DNA of 64,000 nucleotides from Hydrolagus affinis (GCA_012026655.1 JAAILG010000885.1:1-64000), one strand, 5' to 3'. Shown: positions 1 through 13,099, numbered from the stretch's first letter. The notes: generated by a model from the sequence alone, not told the origin. Program-made: numbers and translations.

Positions 1-170
1 GGGGGTGGGAGAGACGGGATGGATGTGATAATATACAGATAGATAGAGATGGGGGGGATGTGAGAGAGGAGAGAGGGAGAGAGACACAGAGACACACAGA
101 CAGAAAAACACAGAGATGGAGAGAGTGAAAGACATTTATCTTTCACTCTCAAAGAGAGAAAGATATTTAT
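1..170. repeat. Purine-rich (GA/GAGA/CA) low-complexity tract, possibly the interior of the adjacent MITE
   Basis: Runs of gagaga/gacaca are seen directly. Confidence 0.7.
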
Positions 171-182
171 CTCCTGAAGAGA

Positions 183-347
183 TAGGCCCCGGTATGCGCG
201 CGCACCCGGAACGCGCGCGCACTCCGAATGCGCGCGCCACGCGCGCATGCGCAGTACGAAAAACCCGAAAATATCAATATTTTGGTATATCTCGATATGA
301 GCCCATCGGTATATTTAATCGGAAAATTTCCATATCGACGGACCCTA
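183..347 (-). mobile_element. hAT-type non-autonomous DNA transposon (MITE), partial copy
   Basis: The reverse complement begins TAGGGTCCGTCGATATGGAAATTTTCC, matching the left end of the 27597 copy. It has ATATCG subterminal repeats and a GCGC-rich core. Confidence 0.85.
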
Positions 348-524
348 CTCATAGGGTAGGATAACACTGGTGCAGTTTAGGTGGAGCGCTGCAATGCTGG
401 AGGCTTCGTCCTTTGTATAAAATGTTAAGCCTTGTTATCTGCCTGGTTGAGGGAAATTTTAAAGATCTCATATCATTGTTTGAAAAGAAAAGCCCTGGTG
501 GTCTGACCAACAATCTTTTTGATG

Positions 525-578
525 AAAACAAAACACAAAATACTACAGATGCTGGGAATCTGAAACAAAAACAGAAGT
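525..578. mobile_element. Short V-SINE/CR1-associated tail fragment
   Basis: aaaacacaaaatactacagatgctgggaatctgaaacaaaaacaga resembles a common chondrichthyan SINE end (recognition only). Confidence 0.45.
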
Positions 579-894
579 TGCCTTTTGATGAAATTGTTCA
601 CTCCACCCTTCTGTCACGTTCCCTCTTGAAACCTGTCTTCAAATCTCATTTAAAAGCTTCTGGTCACTTTCGACTTTCCCCTCCTCCCTTGCTTGACAGT
701 CCCCTGAGAGACTAGGTCTGTTTGCCTACAAATATACAAACACTCTGACACGTCTCTACAATGTGTTTAGGTGCTATATCAAGTGCATGGATTATTATTA
801 CTGCATGTCATTATCATTTCAAATGCATTCTAGAAAAAGAAGAACTTCCTCTTTAGTAGCACTTTATTGTGTCATGATGCCATGCAGTAAATTA

Positions 895-1365
895 CTGTCA
901 AATGTAGTGATGACAGTATTTGTAGGAAAACATGGCAGCCATGTGCACCAGCAAATTCCACAAACAGTCATTAACTGAACGATCAACTTGTACAATACAA
1001 TTTACATTCACATAATGCCTTTCACACCGGGAGGACTTCCCGAGTCACTGGCTTGGAGGATTATTGGCCAGGACAGTGAGGGAAATCTCCCATCTCTTTT
1101 GAAAATGTCTTGGGTTCTTTACCATTCCCTGGAGGAAGAGATAGGTGGAACCTCAGTTTAAGCTTTCCTTTGAAACATCACCTAAAGCTGTTCTTCTTCA
1201 GTATAGCCCTTGATTGTCATTCCCAGACTATGAGCTCAAGCTCCAACAGGTTATTGTGCTCCAAGCTCTGAAACACTAGCCCTCATGAAGGGCACTAAAT
1301 AAATACACCTCGTTGTTGTTTGTGACCCAGAGATCAGAAGTGGTACCACAGAAACCAAACCAACA
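895..1365 (-). mobile_element. Old degraded Deu-domain (SacSINE1-like) SINE
   Basis: Reverse-strand motifs ggcagccatgtgcac, cacaaacagtc, ttggccaggaca and cctcagtttaa are shared with the 19548 copy. Confidence 0.55.
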
Positions 1366-2974
1366 ACCATATTCGGTGCTTGAGCTGAATTGATGGCATT
1401 AAATTAGAATCAACTTGTACAATTTGCTTGCTTTCCTTGTTGTTCTAGTTGCATATTAAATTATTATTTTTTGCAGCCCATGTTTCTCATGATATATTCC
1501 ACAACACTCAAAACCCCTTAATGAAGTAAAGCCTAAACAAACTAATGATCCTCTGACTGATTGCCATAAAGAGGAGCAATCCTGGAAAGATCAGAAGAGT
1601 TGGCCCAATTCCATTCAGTTTGAGCTCTCAGAAGAGAAAACAACTGGGAATAAGGTTACCTGGGCAGACGCCAACTCCTTTGAAACCAGCAAGTCCATGA
1701 GGTAGTAATTTGCAAATGTATAGGGATTTCACTATGTTAGAGCTTCGCAAATACTGCACAGGTTGAGCTTATGTCTGACCCACAAAGTGGGGATCATTCT
1801 CTTTTTAATACTCTTGCTTTGCATAAGGAATCTGCTTGCAAATTTTGAATGTTTTCCTACCCTAGGCTTTGCTCTGCAATAACCTGATGTAAAATGTTTC
1901 TTCAATAGCCTGCACACATCTGATAACTCACTCTGCAGATGTTCCCAGAGACATATGAGACAGTAAAGAATATGAAGGCTTATGTTCCACATATTACTGA
2001 TATCCTGTGGTGTAAGTCAGGCGACTTTCATCCTTGTGTTCTCTGAAATTGCAAACATATTCCAATTCTTGCAAAACTATGTCTGCAATTGAACTATGGT
2101 TTGCCAAGAGTATTAGGAAATCCATAATGCACAATTGGATATATTGGGGTCCCTGAATTTAATAATCGTTACATTTGATATAGTGCCTTTCACATTGAGA
2201 GGATACCCCCAAAACAGGATACTGTAAATTACAACAACTGTTTTTGCAGGCAAATGCAACAGCCAATTTGTATACAGCAATGTCCCACAAACAGCCAGGA
2301 AGTGAATGACTAATATCAAAGTTACTGCTAAATTTGCCCCAATGGAGTGTGATAATCTAAGAGTTGTTCTAATGTAAAATAGTAATAATATCAATAATCT
2401 TGCATTTGAGATAGTGCCTTAGCACATCGTTGAGACATCTCAAAGTGCTTCACGGGATACACTGTACCGTGGATTGTCTGTATATTTTATGGGTGAGAAT
2501 ATCCACAGGCTCCAAGGCTAATACTGGAGACTTTGCATTCCATCTGTTTCTCATTGATGCAGTTATGCTGACCTCTCACTTGGTGTTGAAGCTGCCTAAC
2601 ATCTGCTGACACAATTACAACTAAAAAGCATTGGACATCAATTTCAGACAATGTCTATCCCCAGTCCACAATTCTCCTTTAACCCCAATACGTTTGTGGT
2701 GAGTGCCATTTCTTTTGATCAGAACCTCTTGGCATCTTGGTCACAATATGCTTGAAAATAATATTTTACGTTAAAAAATATTTTATTTTATAATTTGAAA
2801 AATGAAATGGTTTCCATTTCTTTCATATGGTGTAACCATAAATGCCTCCTCCCGCTCCCCCGCACCACCCCTCATGCAGACACAGGAATTAGATAAATAG
2901 ATTTATATGTGCAATCCACTTCAAAGAAGGAGTTTGGCCCAAGAACAGGATCAATTGATACGTCTGCTGGTCAC

Positions 2975-3370
2975 ATCATTGCACATGTATGCAGATGTAA
3001 TATCTCTCTACTTCCACCCTTGACTCCAAGACCAGTGCTGTCTTGACATCAAGTCCTGGATGAGAGCTAACTTTTCTCAGTTGAATGTCAACAAGACCGA
3101 GGCCCTCCTGATTGGCTCCTGTCAGCGCCTCCACACCTCAGGTGCTGACAGCATCACCATCCATGGATGCATCCCCGAGTCTCTCCACCTCGTCCCAACC
3201 CTCGCCTCCATCAAGACCCACATCAAGACCCTCCTCTTCGCTTTCTTTCAACTTCCTTCCACCCCCGCTCTCCACCCTCCCCAATCCCTACCCCCAGCTC
3301 GGGTCCGAAATACTGTCCTCCCGACGTGAAAGCTATACAAGCTATACAAATGCAATTGTGTTGTTGTTGC
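2975..3370 (+). mobile_element. L2 LINE 3' fragment, internally deleted
   Basis: The RT-region remnant translates as MRANFSQLNVNKTEALLIG. It ends gtgaaagctatacaaatgcaa-(ttg)n. Confidence 0.85.
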
Positions 3371-6300
3371 TCTTGAATAGTCTTCTGTTGTTCTCTGGAT
3401 CAAGAAGTCACTTGATCTTTTTTCATGTCATTGGACCAATTGTGTGAAAGGGTTAAATCAGAATAGGATTTTTTTGTTGTGTTGAACTGACTTCTGTCAA
3501 GAGCAAGTTTTGTGTGTTGAAAACTTGTCCTTTTGCTCTTAGAACAAGTCAGAATATTTTATTAATAGCTTTGGGCTGACCACATGGTTTCTCACAGGAG
3601 CACATCCTCTCTGGAGTTTCACAGGGTGTGACTAGTTCTCTGTTGTATGCAATTGAGTCGAGGCCCTTGTACCAATCTGCAGAGTCTGTTAGTGGGACTG
3701 GACGCTGTGTCAGCTCTTACCCCACACTTGCCTCCAGTACAAGACAGGAACTGCAATTCCTCATGTTTTCCTAAGTGAAAAAAGAGAGTTACAACAACTG
3801 CAGTGTAGTAAATCTGAATTGAGTGGGTGGGGGGGGTGGGGATGGAGGAACATGCATCTAACGGAGAGAGGAGAATCAATGAGTTGGAGTTATTGCAATC
3901 CACTATCAGTGAGCAATGTTTGAAAACTGTGCAATAGGGTTCTGGCTGCTACTGTATAGTATTCATTTCTTCCTCTGGTTACAAGGACTGACAAAACATT
4001 CATCTACGAACCGCAAGGAACCCTTAATCTTTCAGTGCAGCACATCTACTTTTGCTAATGGCAAAACATTTGTCGATGACAAATCGATGATTAGTCATCG
4101 ACTCAGAATCGATGACTAATCCGAGTTTTTCTGCTTCATTAAAGTCATTTGAAAACTTTGTAACTTTTGACGGAATTTTCTGAAACGGTGACAGAGTAAT
4201 TCTATATAAAACCTGGTAAATGCTATGAAAAGACCTTATCAAAAAAACTAATAAGCTACGTGTCAGTATCACTTTGCAAATACCTCCATGAGACTGCATT
4301 CATTTTTTAGGGTTGTGTGAAATTAATTAATGTCATTGTTTTTCCAATAACCACAATTTCACAGTCATTATACTTGTAAAAGGTCTCACTTCCAAGTATA
4401 TTGAATCCTGCTTTCTGGGTTATCTCCTAGGGTCATTGAAACAGAGGAAGCTTTTCAGCCCATTGAGTTTGTTCCTGGATATGTATGACAATTACAGGAA
4501 CTTATACTTTCAAGCATTGGTTAAAGTTTGGCCTAATTTTTCTCATATTCTTAGCCATAAGGCGTTGCCTTAAAATGTAAAATCATTAAACATTTTGGAA
4601 GTGTTATTTTGAGCTTTATGTTGGAAAACAGTTTTTCTTAGAGCTGTTTAAGAGCTGCAGAAAACTGGCTTCCAAACAAAGACTAAATAAAACAATTCTC
4701 CAAAATTCTGTGCAATCTTACATTTGTTAGACAATGATTGTGAGCCTACAACCATGAAAAGATGTGCATCTTTGCTACATTTTGGTTTGCAAGTGCCTCG
4801 GGACGTCCTCCCAATATGTGAGGCACTATGCAAATGTAATTTATTGTTGTTGAAAATCGACAAAAATAATAATAATAATAAATCGATCACTTCAATCCAC
4901 AACTGTTTGTGGAATACTGCTGTGCTCAATTCACTGCCATGTTTCGCCCACAAAATATACAGTCAATTCACTTCACAGTATATTCTCAGAAGCGCTTTGA
5001 GATGTCTCAAAGATGTATATACTGTACTGTAAAGTGAATTGACTGTGTATTTTGTGGGTAAAATTCAAGATCAAATTCACATGGGAAAAATAGATTGATG
5101 GGGATGTGTCCTGGAAGGAACCACATATTAACATACACAAGCAAATGTGCAGTAAGAAATGCAATGATATTGGTTTCCTGTTTAGATCAACTCACCACCG
5201 TTTGCATAATACAATTGGTCACCAGTGTAAACACCATTAAATAATAGTCTAGAAATAATTTTGTAACAATTACAGCTACAACTCTGATGAATTTACATCT
5301 CAAATGAACAGGTGCTAATAAATGCCAATTATATTAAATAATATGTCACTAGCCATATATGCTTAAATTATTATTTATTTTAATCATCTGTGTTAAGTTG
5401 CTGAAAAATACATTTATTCAGACAAACTAACAGTACTTGAAAAGTGCTGAATTATTTAAACTGAAATCTAGCTCATAAACAGCTTAGAAACAAACTGTTA
5501 AATATTTATTAAAAGTGTTAAAAAAAAACTCAAATTATTTGATCAACTTTATAAAGTGTTAACAAAACCTGGTCTGCTTTGATAATAAGCAATCTTGAGT
5601 CTTGAGAAAATGAATGGATAAATAATGTGACGTTAAGCTGTCCTGTCACACAAACACTCAGGTTCCCACACATTTGCAATAAAATATTAAAGCATTAATT
5701 TTATACTATTTAACATTTAAATTTTACATTTTTAAAAATTAATTTACTTAAATGACTGAATTATTTACAATAAAAATCTCTGAAGCAGAGCAGCTCACAA
5801 AGACAGTCAAATGAAATTGAAGTCATGCAGACTTACTCTCTTAGTTTTACATCTAGTTTCCTATCCGTATATCTTTATTTCCTCTTTTTTTTTACAAAAT
5901 GTCTTCATCTCCTGCTTTTCCTTACTTGGCTCAGTTATCAGCAATCCGGCCTCTAGATTAGAAGGTTGTTGGATTAAGTTTGCACTTTGACCTCATACTG
6001 TAAAATGATCAGTACAATACTGGTGGAGTATTCCATTATTGGGGTTGCCATCTTTCAGAAGAGATGTAAGTCAGAAATTGTATAATTTTATGTGTGACAT
6101 CGAGCATATATACCCATATATACACTGTTCTTTGGAGCCATGTGTTGTGTGGGTGGTCCACAACACACAGCTTAATGAAATATACCCCTGCAAGAAATAT
6201 GAACATATATGATGCACAAAATGTTCTTGACAAGCATGAATATTATTAAATGTGCTGACATAATACTACAGCATATGTATCCCTCTCCCTATATTTGCAT

Positions 6301-6401
6301 CTGTAAAATCCTAATAATATTTGTGCTTCCTAACTCCTCAGACACATTGTTTGGGCTGCTGGGCTGTTGCTGCTGAGAATGAGAGGCAAGACAGAGGAGA
6401 T

Positions 6402-6512
6402 AATAATAATAATCCTTGCATTTGATATAGCGCCTTATCACGTCTTCAAAACGTCTCAGAGCACTTCACAGAATATACTGTAAAGTGAATTCACTGTATA
6501 TTTTATGAGTGA
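6402..6512 (-). mobile_element. Young SINE, 3' fragment
   Basis: (aat)n-ccttgcatttgatatagcgc...actgtaaagtgaattcactgtat is the reverse complement of the SINE tail. Confidence 0.9.
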
Positions 6513-6654
6513 TACCACAGGAATGTGACAGGGAGGTGGAAAGAAACAAGTGAGAAGCACATGTACAATGTTCATCTGGTGAGGTTAAAGTTGACATTCC
6601 CCATTGGACTTCATTACATTTACTGTAGAGTGTAGTGACTGTATTTTGTGGAGT

Positions 6655-6978
6655 GGAGCTCCTGTGGCTTAGTAGTTAGAGTACTTGTCTTGCAAGCTGG
6701 AGAGACCTGTGTTCGAATCCAGGCAGGTCAGGGCGAAACCGTGGGCAAGTTTCCTTACTCCACATGCCTAATAATAATCCATCCAAAAAAAACGTAATAA
6801 TAAAATTGGTCATTTCAATCCACGACTGTTTGTGGGACACTGCTGTGCGCAATTGGCTGCCGCGATTTGCCCACAAATATACAGTCAATTCACTTTACAG
6901 TATATTCTGTGAAGCGCTTTGGGATGTCGATAAGATGTGAAAAGCACTATATCAAATGCAAGGATTATTATTATTATT
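6655..6978 (+). mobile_element. Full-length young tRNA-derived SINE (SINE2-1_CM-like, Deu-type core, L2-like tail)
   Basis: tRNA-like head with A box (tggcttagtagtt) and B box (gttcgaatcc), core ctgtttgtgggacactgctgtgcgcaattggctgccg, and 3' end aaatgcaaggatt(att)n. Confidence 0.95.
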
Positions 6979-7344
6979 TGTAGGTGAGCATGGCACCCAA
7001 TCCGTGCACAGTCTAAAACAGACATGAGGAGAATGACTAATGTGTAGACTGCAGCAGAGAAGTACATACTTATCTGTCTCTCACGGCATTTACTCAAAAG
7101 AGTTTAGGACCAAATCCAAGAACCAGGGCATAAAGGAAGGAATCCAAAATCCACATGGGAAACTACCATATCAACAATTGGGTAATCTGCAATTGAAAAA
7201 GTATTACTGTACATTGCTGTATTTATGCTTGAGAACTTTTCACAGGACTACACCCCCATTTGAGTGTGATTCAAAATAGATGGCTTTATGCCATCTATTA
7301 TGCCATCTTAAAATAGGTTATTTTCCATTGAATTCAGATTCTGT

Positions 7345-7826
7345 TTCAGAACGCTGCCGCCTGCGTTCTCACTCGCATCAAACTTCGCTCCCCCATTACC
7401 CCAGTCCTTGCCAGACTTCACTGGGTCCCTGTCCCAGAGAGGATCGATTTCAAGATCCTCACCCTTGTCTTGAAATCCCTCTACTCCTCTGCACCCCCCT
7501 ACCTCTCTGACATCCTCTCTCCTCAAACCAGCACCTGTTTCCTTCGCTCCACCGGGTCTGGCCTCCTCCATGTCCCCCGAATCCTCCACTCCACCCTCGG
7601 CGGCCATGCCTTCAGCCACTATGCCCCAAGGCTCTGGAATTCCCTTTCTCACCCTTCGCCTTGCCCCCTCTTTTCCCAGCTTCGGGTCCCAGCTGAAGAC
7701 CTTTCTCTTCGACCGCGCCTTTGGTCATCTTTCTACCCCTGCCCCCGGCTCGGTCTGCTATTGTGAAACACCCATCCAGCATGGAGGACGCTACATAAAT
7801 CAAAGTTGTTGTTGTTGTTCTTGTTG
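7345..7826 (+). mobile_element. L2 LINE 3' fragment
   Basis: ORF2 C-terminal remnants (QNAAA, LHW, SAPPYLSD, GGHAFSHYAPRLWNSL, LKTFLFDRAF) with frameshifts, followed by a (gtt)n tail. Confidence 0.93.
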
Positions 7827-8237
7827 AATATTTACAATTTCTTCAGGTTCACAAGAGATTGTCCCACTATACAGCGATTCAAAAAAGATGGTCCCTTTTC
7901 ACAAAAAAAACAGAAGCCATTCTTTATACAGATAAATTCATATATGAAAGGCAATCACTTTATAGAGAGTGATTTATAGGAGCTGGCCTCTACACAAAAA
8001 GAATCACAGAAGACATTTCCTGTAGACAGAATAATTCACAGAGATGTCCAATTTTGTTATTACCAGTAAACATTTCCATTTTGCAATTTTTAAAATGGTC
8101 ACTAGGTGTCAATATTGGCTCTTGTTCACTGCAGATTTTTCTGTAACAAACTGTATCTTCACTGAATCAAAGTTCAAGCATAATTTTAGTTAGTTTGAGT
8201 TCCTGGTTTGTGGTGTAAAACAAAATGGAATTCAGAG

Positions 8238-8500
8238 TAAACAACATGAAATTATATTTGTACAGCGTTTTTTTATGTCAGGAGGATATCTCAAACGCTG
8301 GGCAGTCAGGGATCTGCACCCCATCTGGTGGTTGGGATCAGGAGGGTAGAAGGGCGGGCAGGGTAGGGTTAGGAGGGTGGCCGAAGGCAAAGTCAAGAAT
8401 AGGGTCTTGAGACGCGTCTTGAAGGAGGCAAGGGAGGGGGGGGATGAGGCGGAGGTGGGATGGAGTTCCAGAAAGTGGGGGCAGAGAGGCTGAAGACCCT
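8238..8500 (-). mobile_element. L2 LINE 3' fragment
   Basis: caacatgaaattatatttgtacagcg...ggagttccaga matches the reverse complement of the L2 3' end. Confidence 0.8.
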
Positions 8501-8734
8501 TAAATAAATAAAACGTAAAGTTAAATTAATAGAAAATGCAATTATAAATTAGAAACAAAATTAAATGTAAATACATTTTATTTTGATTTCCCGAATTAGG
8601 TGTAAATATACAGAAAAAATGCAAGTTAATGTACAGTATGTGTGTGGGGGTGAGCGTTGAATATTACGTAATTTAAATTTGTCCCAGCTTTTCACTCAAT
8701 ATTTTCTGCTTGTGGATTGCTTTCAGTATTATAC

Positions 8735-8965
8735 AATGATAGAATATTCACAGCACAAAAGGAGATCATTCAGCCCACCTCATTTGGCCCTGGATCCCCC
8801 ACTGGAGTTTATTTACTCTATTCCAATTCTCCCTGTTCTCTCCCTAACTCTTTAATACTATTTTTCTTCAAGTGCAAATTCAAGTATTATTCAATTGCCT
8901 TTTAAATGGTATAATGGACTTGGCTTTGGCAGCTATTTATAGTAAGGCAAGCACAATCTACAAAT
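8735..8965 (-). mobile_element. Old CR1 LINE 3' fragment
   Basis: atagaatattcacagcacaaaaggagatcattcagccc resembles a reversed CR1 3' UTR and tail. Confidence 0.55.
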
Positions 8966-9944
8966 CCCTTTGTAAAAAGATACAATCCACAGCAAATGCA
9001 CAATCTACATTATACACCATGCTGATAGGCAAATGAAGCCAGTTCCCACAGGACATTTGAGGGCGCAAGTGATAGTCGATGCCAGAAGCTCTTCAGTCAT
9101 CACATTTCAGCCTACACCAGCGTTTTACACGAGAAATGTCGAGTAAATGTTGATAAAGGTGCAATGTCAATGCGCGGTGAGGGGTGTGGGGAAGGGCTGG
9201 TAGGGCTGTTTAGTGGGGAGGGGAATAGTGTTGGCAGGATTCCCTGCAACTATGAATGCTTTGACCCTTACTGAAGTCTAATATCAAATAGTATTGTTAA
9301 TAAGGAAACCAGAAGTACATCACACCTACTCTCTGGAACGGTACGCCAACACAATCTGCTTTTGAAATTCCCGTGAGGTATGTCCAGTTAACAGTAGTTC
9401 TCACTTGTCTTTCTTTATTGAGGAATTTATTGGAATTTGCCTCAAAACACGTGTCTTAGCTTCAACTCTGAAACTCTAGATAAATAATCTAAGTAAGGAA
9501 ACCAAACTAACCTTGTTATTACAGGTTTAGGATTGTTCAGTTGTAACTTGCTGTCCTTCTAACAACAACACAATTCCATTTGTATAGCTTCTTTAAGGGA
9601 CATATAGTGGAGTTATATGTTTGTTTTCAAAACAGTCGGCCCCGTTAACACCGGTAATCACTGCTTGTGTCCAGAAAGGGAGATTCAGCAATGGAAATTG
9701 TAGAACACAGAACAAATGGTCAGCTACTTACTGTGAGAACAAAGTCAGTAAAGACAGATTAGACAAATCAAAGCATAAAGGAACATTGTACTCCTAATAC
9801 AATATATAGTACATGAATATAGCATCTTGCATGGATTTGAGGATAACTCCAACTGCAAAGAAGGGATTGAGAGAGTAAAGTAAACCGAGCAAAGTTGAGA
9901 CCTCTACCTGAATCAGAAAATAATATTAACAAACCTCCATTTAC

Positions 9945-10069
9945 AATTCGCCCACAAATATATACAGTCAATTCACCTTACAGTATATTCTGTGAAGCGC
10001 TTTGAGACGTTGATAAGATGTGGAAAGCGCTATATCAAATGCAAGGATTATTATTATTATTATTATTAT
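9945..10069 (+). mobile_element. Young SINE, 5'-truncated
   Basis: Near-identical to the 3' third of the 6655 copy, with a long (att)n tail. Confidence 0.92.
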
Positions 10070-10849
10070 CATGATTGACAAGTTTGACATCTACAGTTGG
10101 CAACTACCGGCAACAGTGACAGCACCAGAGCTTTCTACATTAGGTAGTTTTTAATATTATACAATTCTTCAGTTCTTTGCAAATTTTAGTGCAAGTTCCC
10201 CAAAAGTAAGATGCTGTAGAGGGAGCAGAGAGTAATGTGTTCCCTAAGGGGATCACATCAAGGAAGCCAGTTTGCAATGGCTGGGAATATTAATGCCAAT
10301 TGGAGAGGTATGAGCAAATTTGTGGAATATTGAGGTCTAATTTTTGCACCTTTTCTACGAATTCCCTTTAAGAACTCCTTAATGAGGAATCCCATCGGAG
10401 CTCCAGTTAACCTGTGGGAACTCTGCTCCACATGCGGCTGCCACACGTGGGTGAAACATTGAGGTGGAACTTCATTTCCGCGATTAACGAAGCCCCTTAT
10501 GAAATGCCGCAGTTTAAACCGCGTCAAAAAATATTAATATCAGTTTCAGAGGAGAAGCTGTGAATTTTGGCGGCAGGGTAAATTTTACCAACCTTTGCAA
10601 CCGTGTGGTTATATACCATGTATTCCCATTGCAAGGGCAACCTGTAAAAGGTTGCTGGAATTACAGACAGCTAGGCCACTGGCCTCTAAAGGGGAAAATA
10701 GGATTCTGCCTGTAAAAATGTGATTGTTTGGCTACAATGTTTCTGTTACCAAATCTACTTTACTGGAAACAAGCAGTGATTGCTAGTGTTATCCGGGCTG
10801 ACTGTTTTGGAAACAACAACACTGAATGTCCCTTAAAAGGAGTGGGCAA

Positions 10850-11150
10850 AAAAACAACACAAAAACAGAATCAAAGGGGTTAGGAGCTCGCAAAGGTAGA
10901 GTGGGCTGAAAATATAGAGGGCTTTGAAGGTGAGGACCAGCATTTTGAATTGAATCCTCTGAGTGATGGGGAGCCAATGGAGTCAGGCAAGAATGGGGTA
11001 GATGGGGTCATGGAGCTTGGAGTGGTAGAGGATATGGGCCGCCGAGTTCTGGATGATCTGCAGGCTTTGGATGGAGGAATTGGGAACGCCAACAGGTTGG
11101 TGTAGTCGAGCCTGGATGTGATGAAGTCTTGATTGAGGGTTTCAGTAGCC
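10850..11150 (-). mobile_element. L2 LINE fragment
   Basis: The minus strand encodes L2 ORF2 3' motifs (ggagccaatggagtc = LHWLP on the reverse strand). Confidence 0.85.
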
Positions 11151-11986
11151 TGAGTTAAACTCTGGATGAGAGTTTAACTTTCCTCAATTGAACATCAACA
11201 AGCCCTCCTGATTGGCTCCTGTAAGCGCCTCCACACCTCAGGTTCTGACAGCATTACCATCCATGGATGCACACTTCATTTCACTAAGCCAGTCCAGAAT
11301 GTTGACATCTTGTTCGACCCTCAACTATCCTTTCTACTCCACTTCCGTGCCATGACCTGCTCTGCCTTCCCCTACCTCCGCAACATTGCCATCTCACACT
11401 GCAGGTCGCCAAAACTCTCATACAATCATTCATAACATCCAGACTTGACTATGCAAACTCCTTGCTTGTCTGCCTCCCCAACTCCTCCACAGGCTGCAGA
11501 TCATCCATAACTCTGTTGCCCAAGTCTTCTCCCGCACTAGGCTCTGTGACCATATCACCCCCAACCTCGCCTGAGTCCACTAGCTTCCCATCACACAGAG
11601 GATACAGTTCAAGATCCTGCCCTCCATGGCCTTTCTTCACCTTACCTCTAAGATCTCCTAACTCCCCACCATCCTGCCTGCACCCTACCCTCGGCCTGTT
11701 TCACAATCCCTGGCTCTCCAGCCCCACCATTGTATGGCAGGCCCTCAGCCTCATCCTCTGGAACTCCATCCCTTTATCCCTCCGCTTTGCCCCATTGCCT
11801 CGTTCAAGAACAACCTCAAGACCCTACTCTTTAACCGTGCTTTCAATCCTTTCCACACTGCCTTCCACCCTCCCCAATCCCCACCCCCAGCTTGGGTCAG
11901 GAATACTGTCTGTCCACTGTTTTCAGACGCTCACTTGAGATGAAAGGTGTTTTACAAATGTAAAATTGTTGTTGTTGTTGTTGTTG
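11151..11986 (+). mobile_element. L2 LINE 3' ~830 bp
   Basis: Degenerate ORF2 (RLDYANSLL, LWNSIP, LKTLL) followed by a (gtt)n tail. Confidence 0.92.
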
Positions 11987-12344
11987 TACTATTGTGTTTC
12001 ATACTGGTTGTGTGTTATTTTTCTCAGATTTCTGCCCTTGGTGTTTTTGTCTTGAATCAGAATGATTTTACCCGTGCTGTGTTTCCAGCTAAAGGCAAAG
12101 AAGCTTAAGGAAAGCAAGCCAAACTGAACACAGCAGGTTTGTTTGGAACTAGCTCATAGCAAAACAAAAGATAAACTGGAAATAAATCTATAGACACAAA
12201 GACAAAAACAGAAATCTATGGAGAAACTATAGACACATAGGTTGTGCTTCTACCTCTCTCCCGGTAGGTGTCGATATTGTACTTGTAAATATTATACTGT
12301 AAAGTATTTTTCATACACAATAAGAAACATCCAATGGTTGTAAG

Positions 12345-12580
12345 AGAGTCTTGCATTCTAGATTGTAATATGCAGCAATTCTAAAGAGATTCCTTAATAA
12401 GGAAACTGAATGGGGACTTCTTGCAGTAAGTGAAAGTACGGTATGTCACATGAATCTCACAGTGATCCAAAAGTAGACTGTGTCAACCCTTCTTGTTCCT
12501 TCGATTCCCATGGGTGAAAATGATACATTCTGTTTCCTTATTAAGGGATCCCATTAACAACTGGCACATATTAACTCTCG
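12345..12580. mobile_element. Old foldback/MITE-like inverted repeat
   Basis: gagattccttaataaggaaactgaatg (~12387) pairs with cattctgtttccttattaagggatccc (~12526). Confidence 0.6.
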
Positions 12581-13099
12581 CAAAGTGCTAGAAATGCATC
12601 TGGAAGAGAAAGGTCAGCATTATAGGTGATGATATCTAAACTGTAGTCCTAATGAAGGATTATGTCTGAAAGATTAATCTGTCTTTCACATAAATTTTGC
12701 TAAAAGTATGATATATTTCTGCTAATAAATTATCTACCCTATAAAATATCTACCTTATCCACCCTAAAATATCCAACATATTGATTTCAGAATCCTTATC
12801 CCGACCTTCAAATATTTTCACCTTCTGAGCACTTCTGACTCTGATTTATGGCTCATTGTTCATTCCCTCCACTATTAATAGCTGAGGCTTCTTCAGCCAC
12901 TATAGCCTACATAATCCCTCAAAATTGCTTTCGCTAGTACTTTTCTAAATCCGTCTTAAAAATAAATTCCTGTGCCCTTAAATTGCCCCTCCCTTCCTTC
13001 ATTCTTGCTCATTGAAAAGTTTGGAGTCATTCGTACTATGTGGATAAGTGCAAGCTGCTGTTGAATTAATGTATCTAGGATTAATTAAGTAAAGTGATC

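Noticed and set aside
6655-6730. tRNA-like sequences (also at 31256, 37153 and 44453)
   Set aside because: They are SINE heads continuous with SINE bodies, not tRNA genes.
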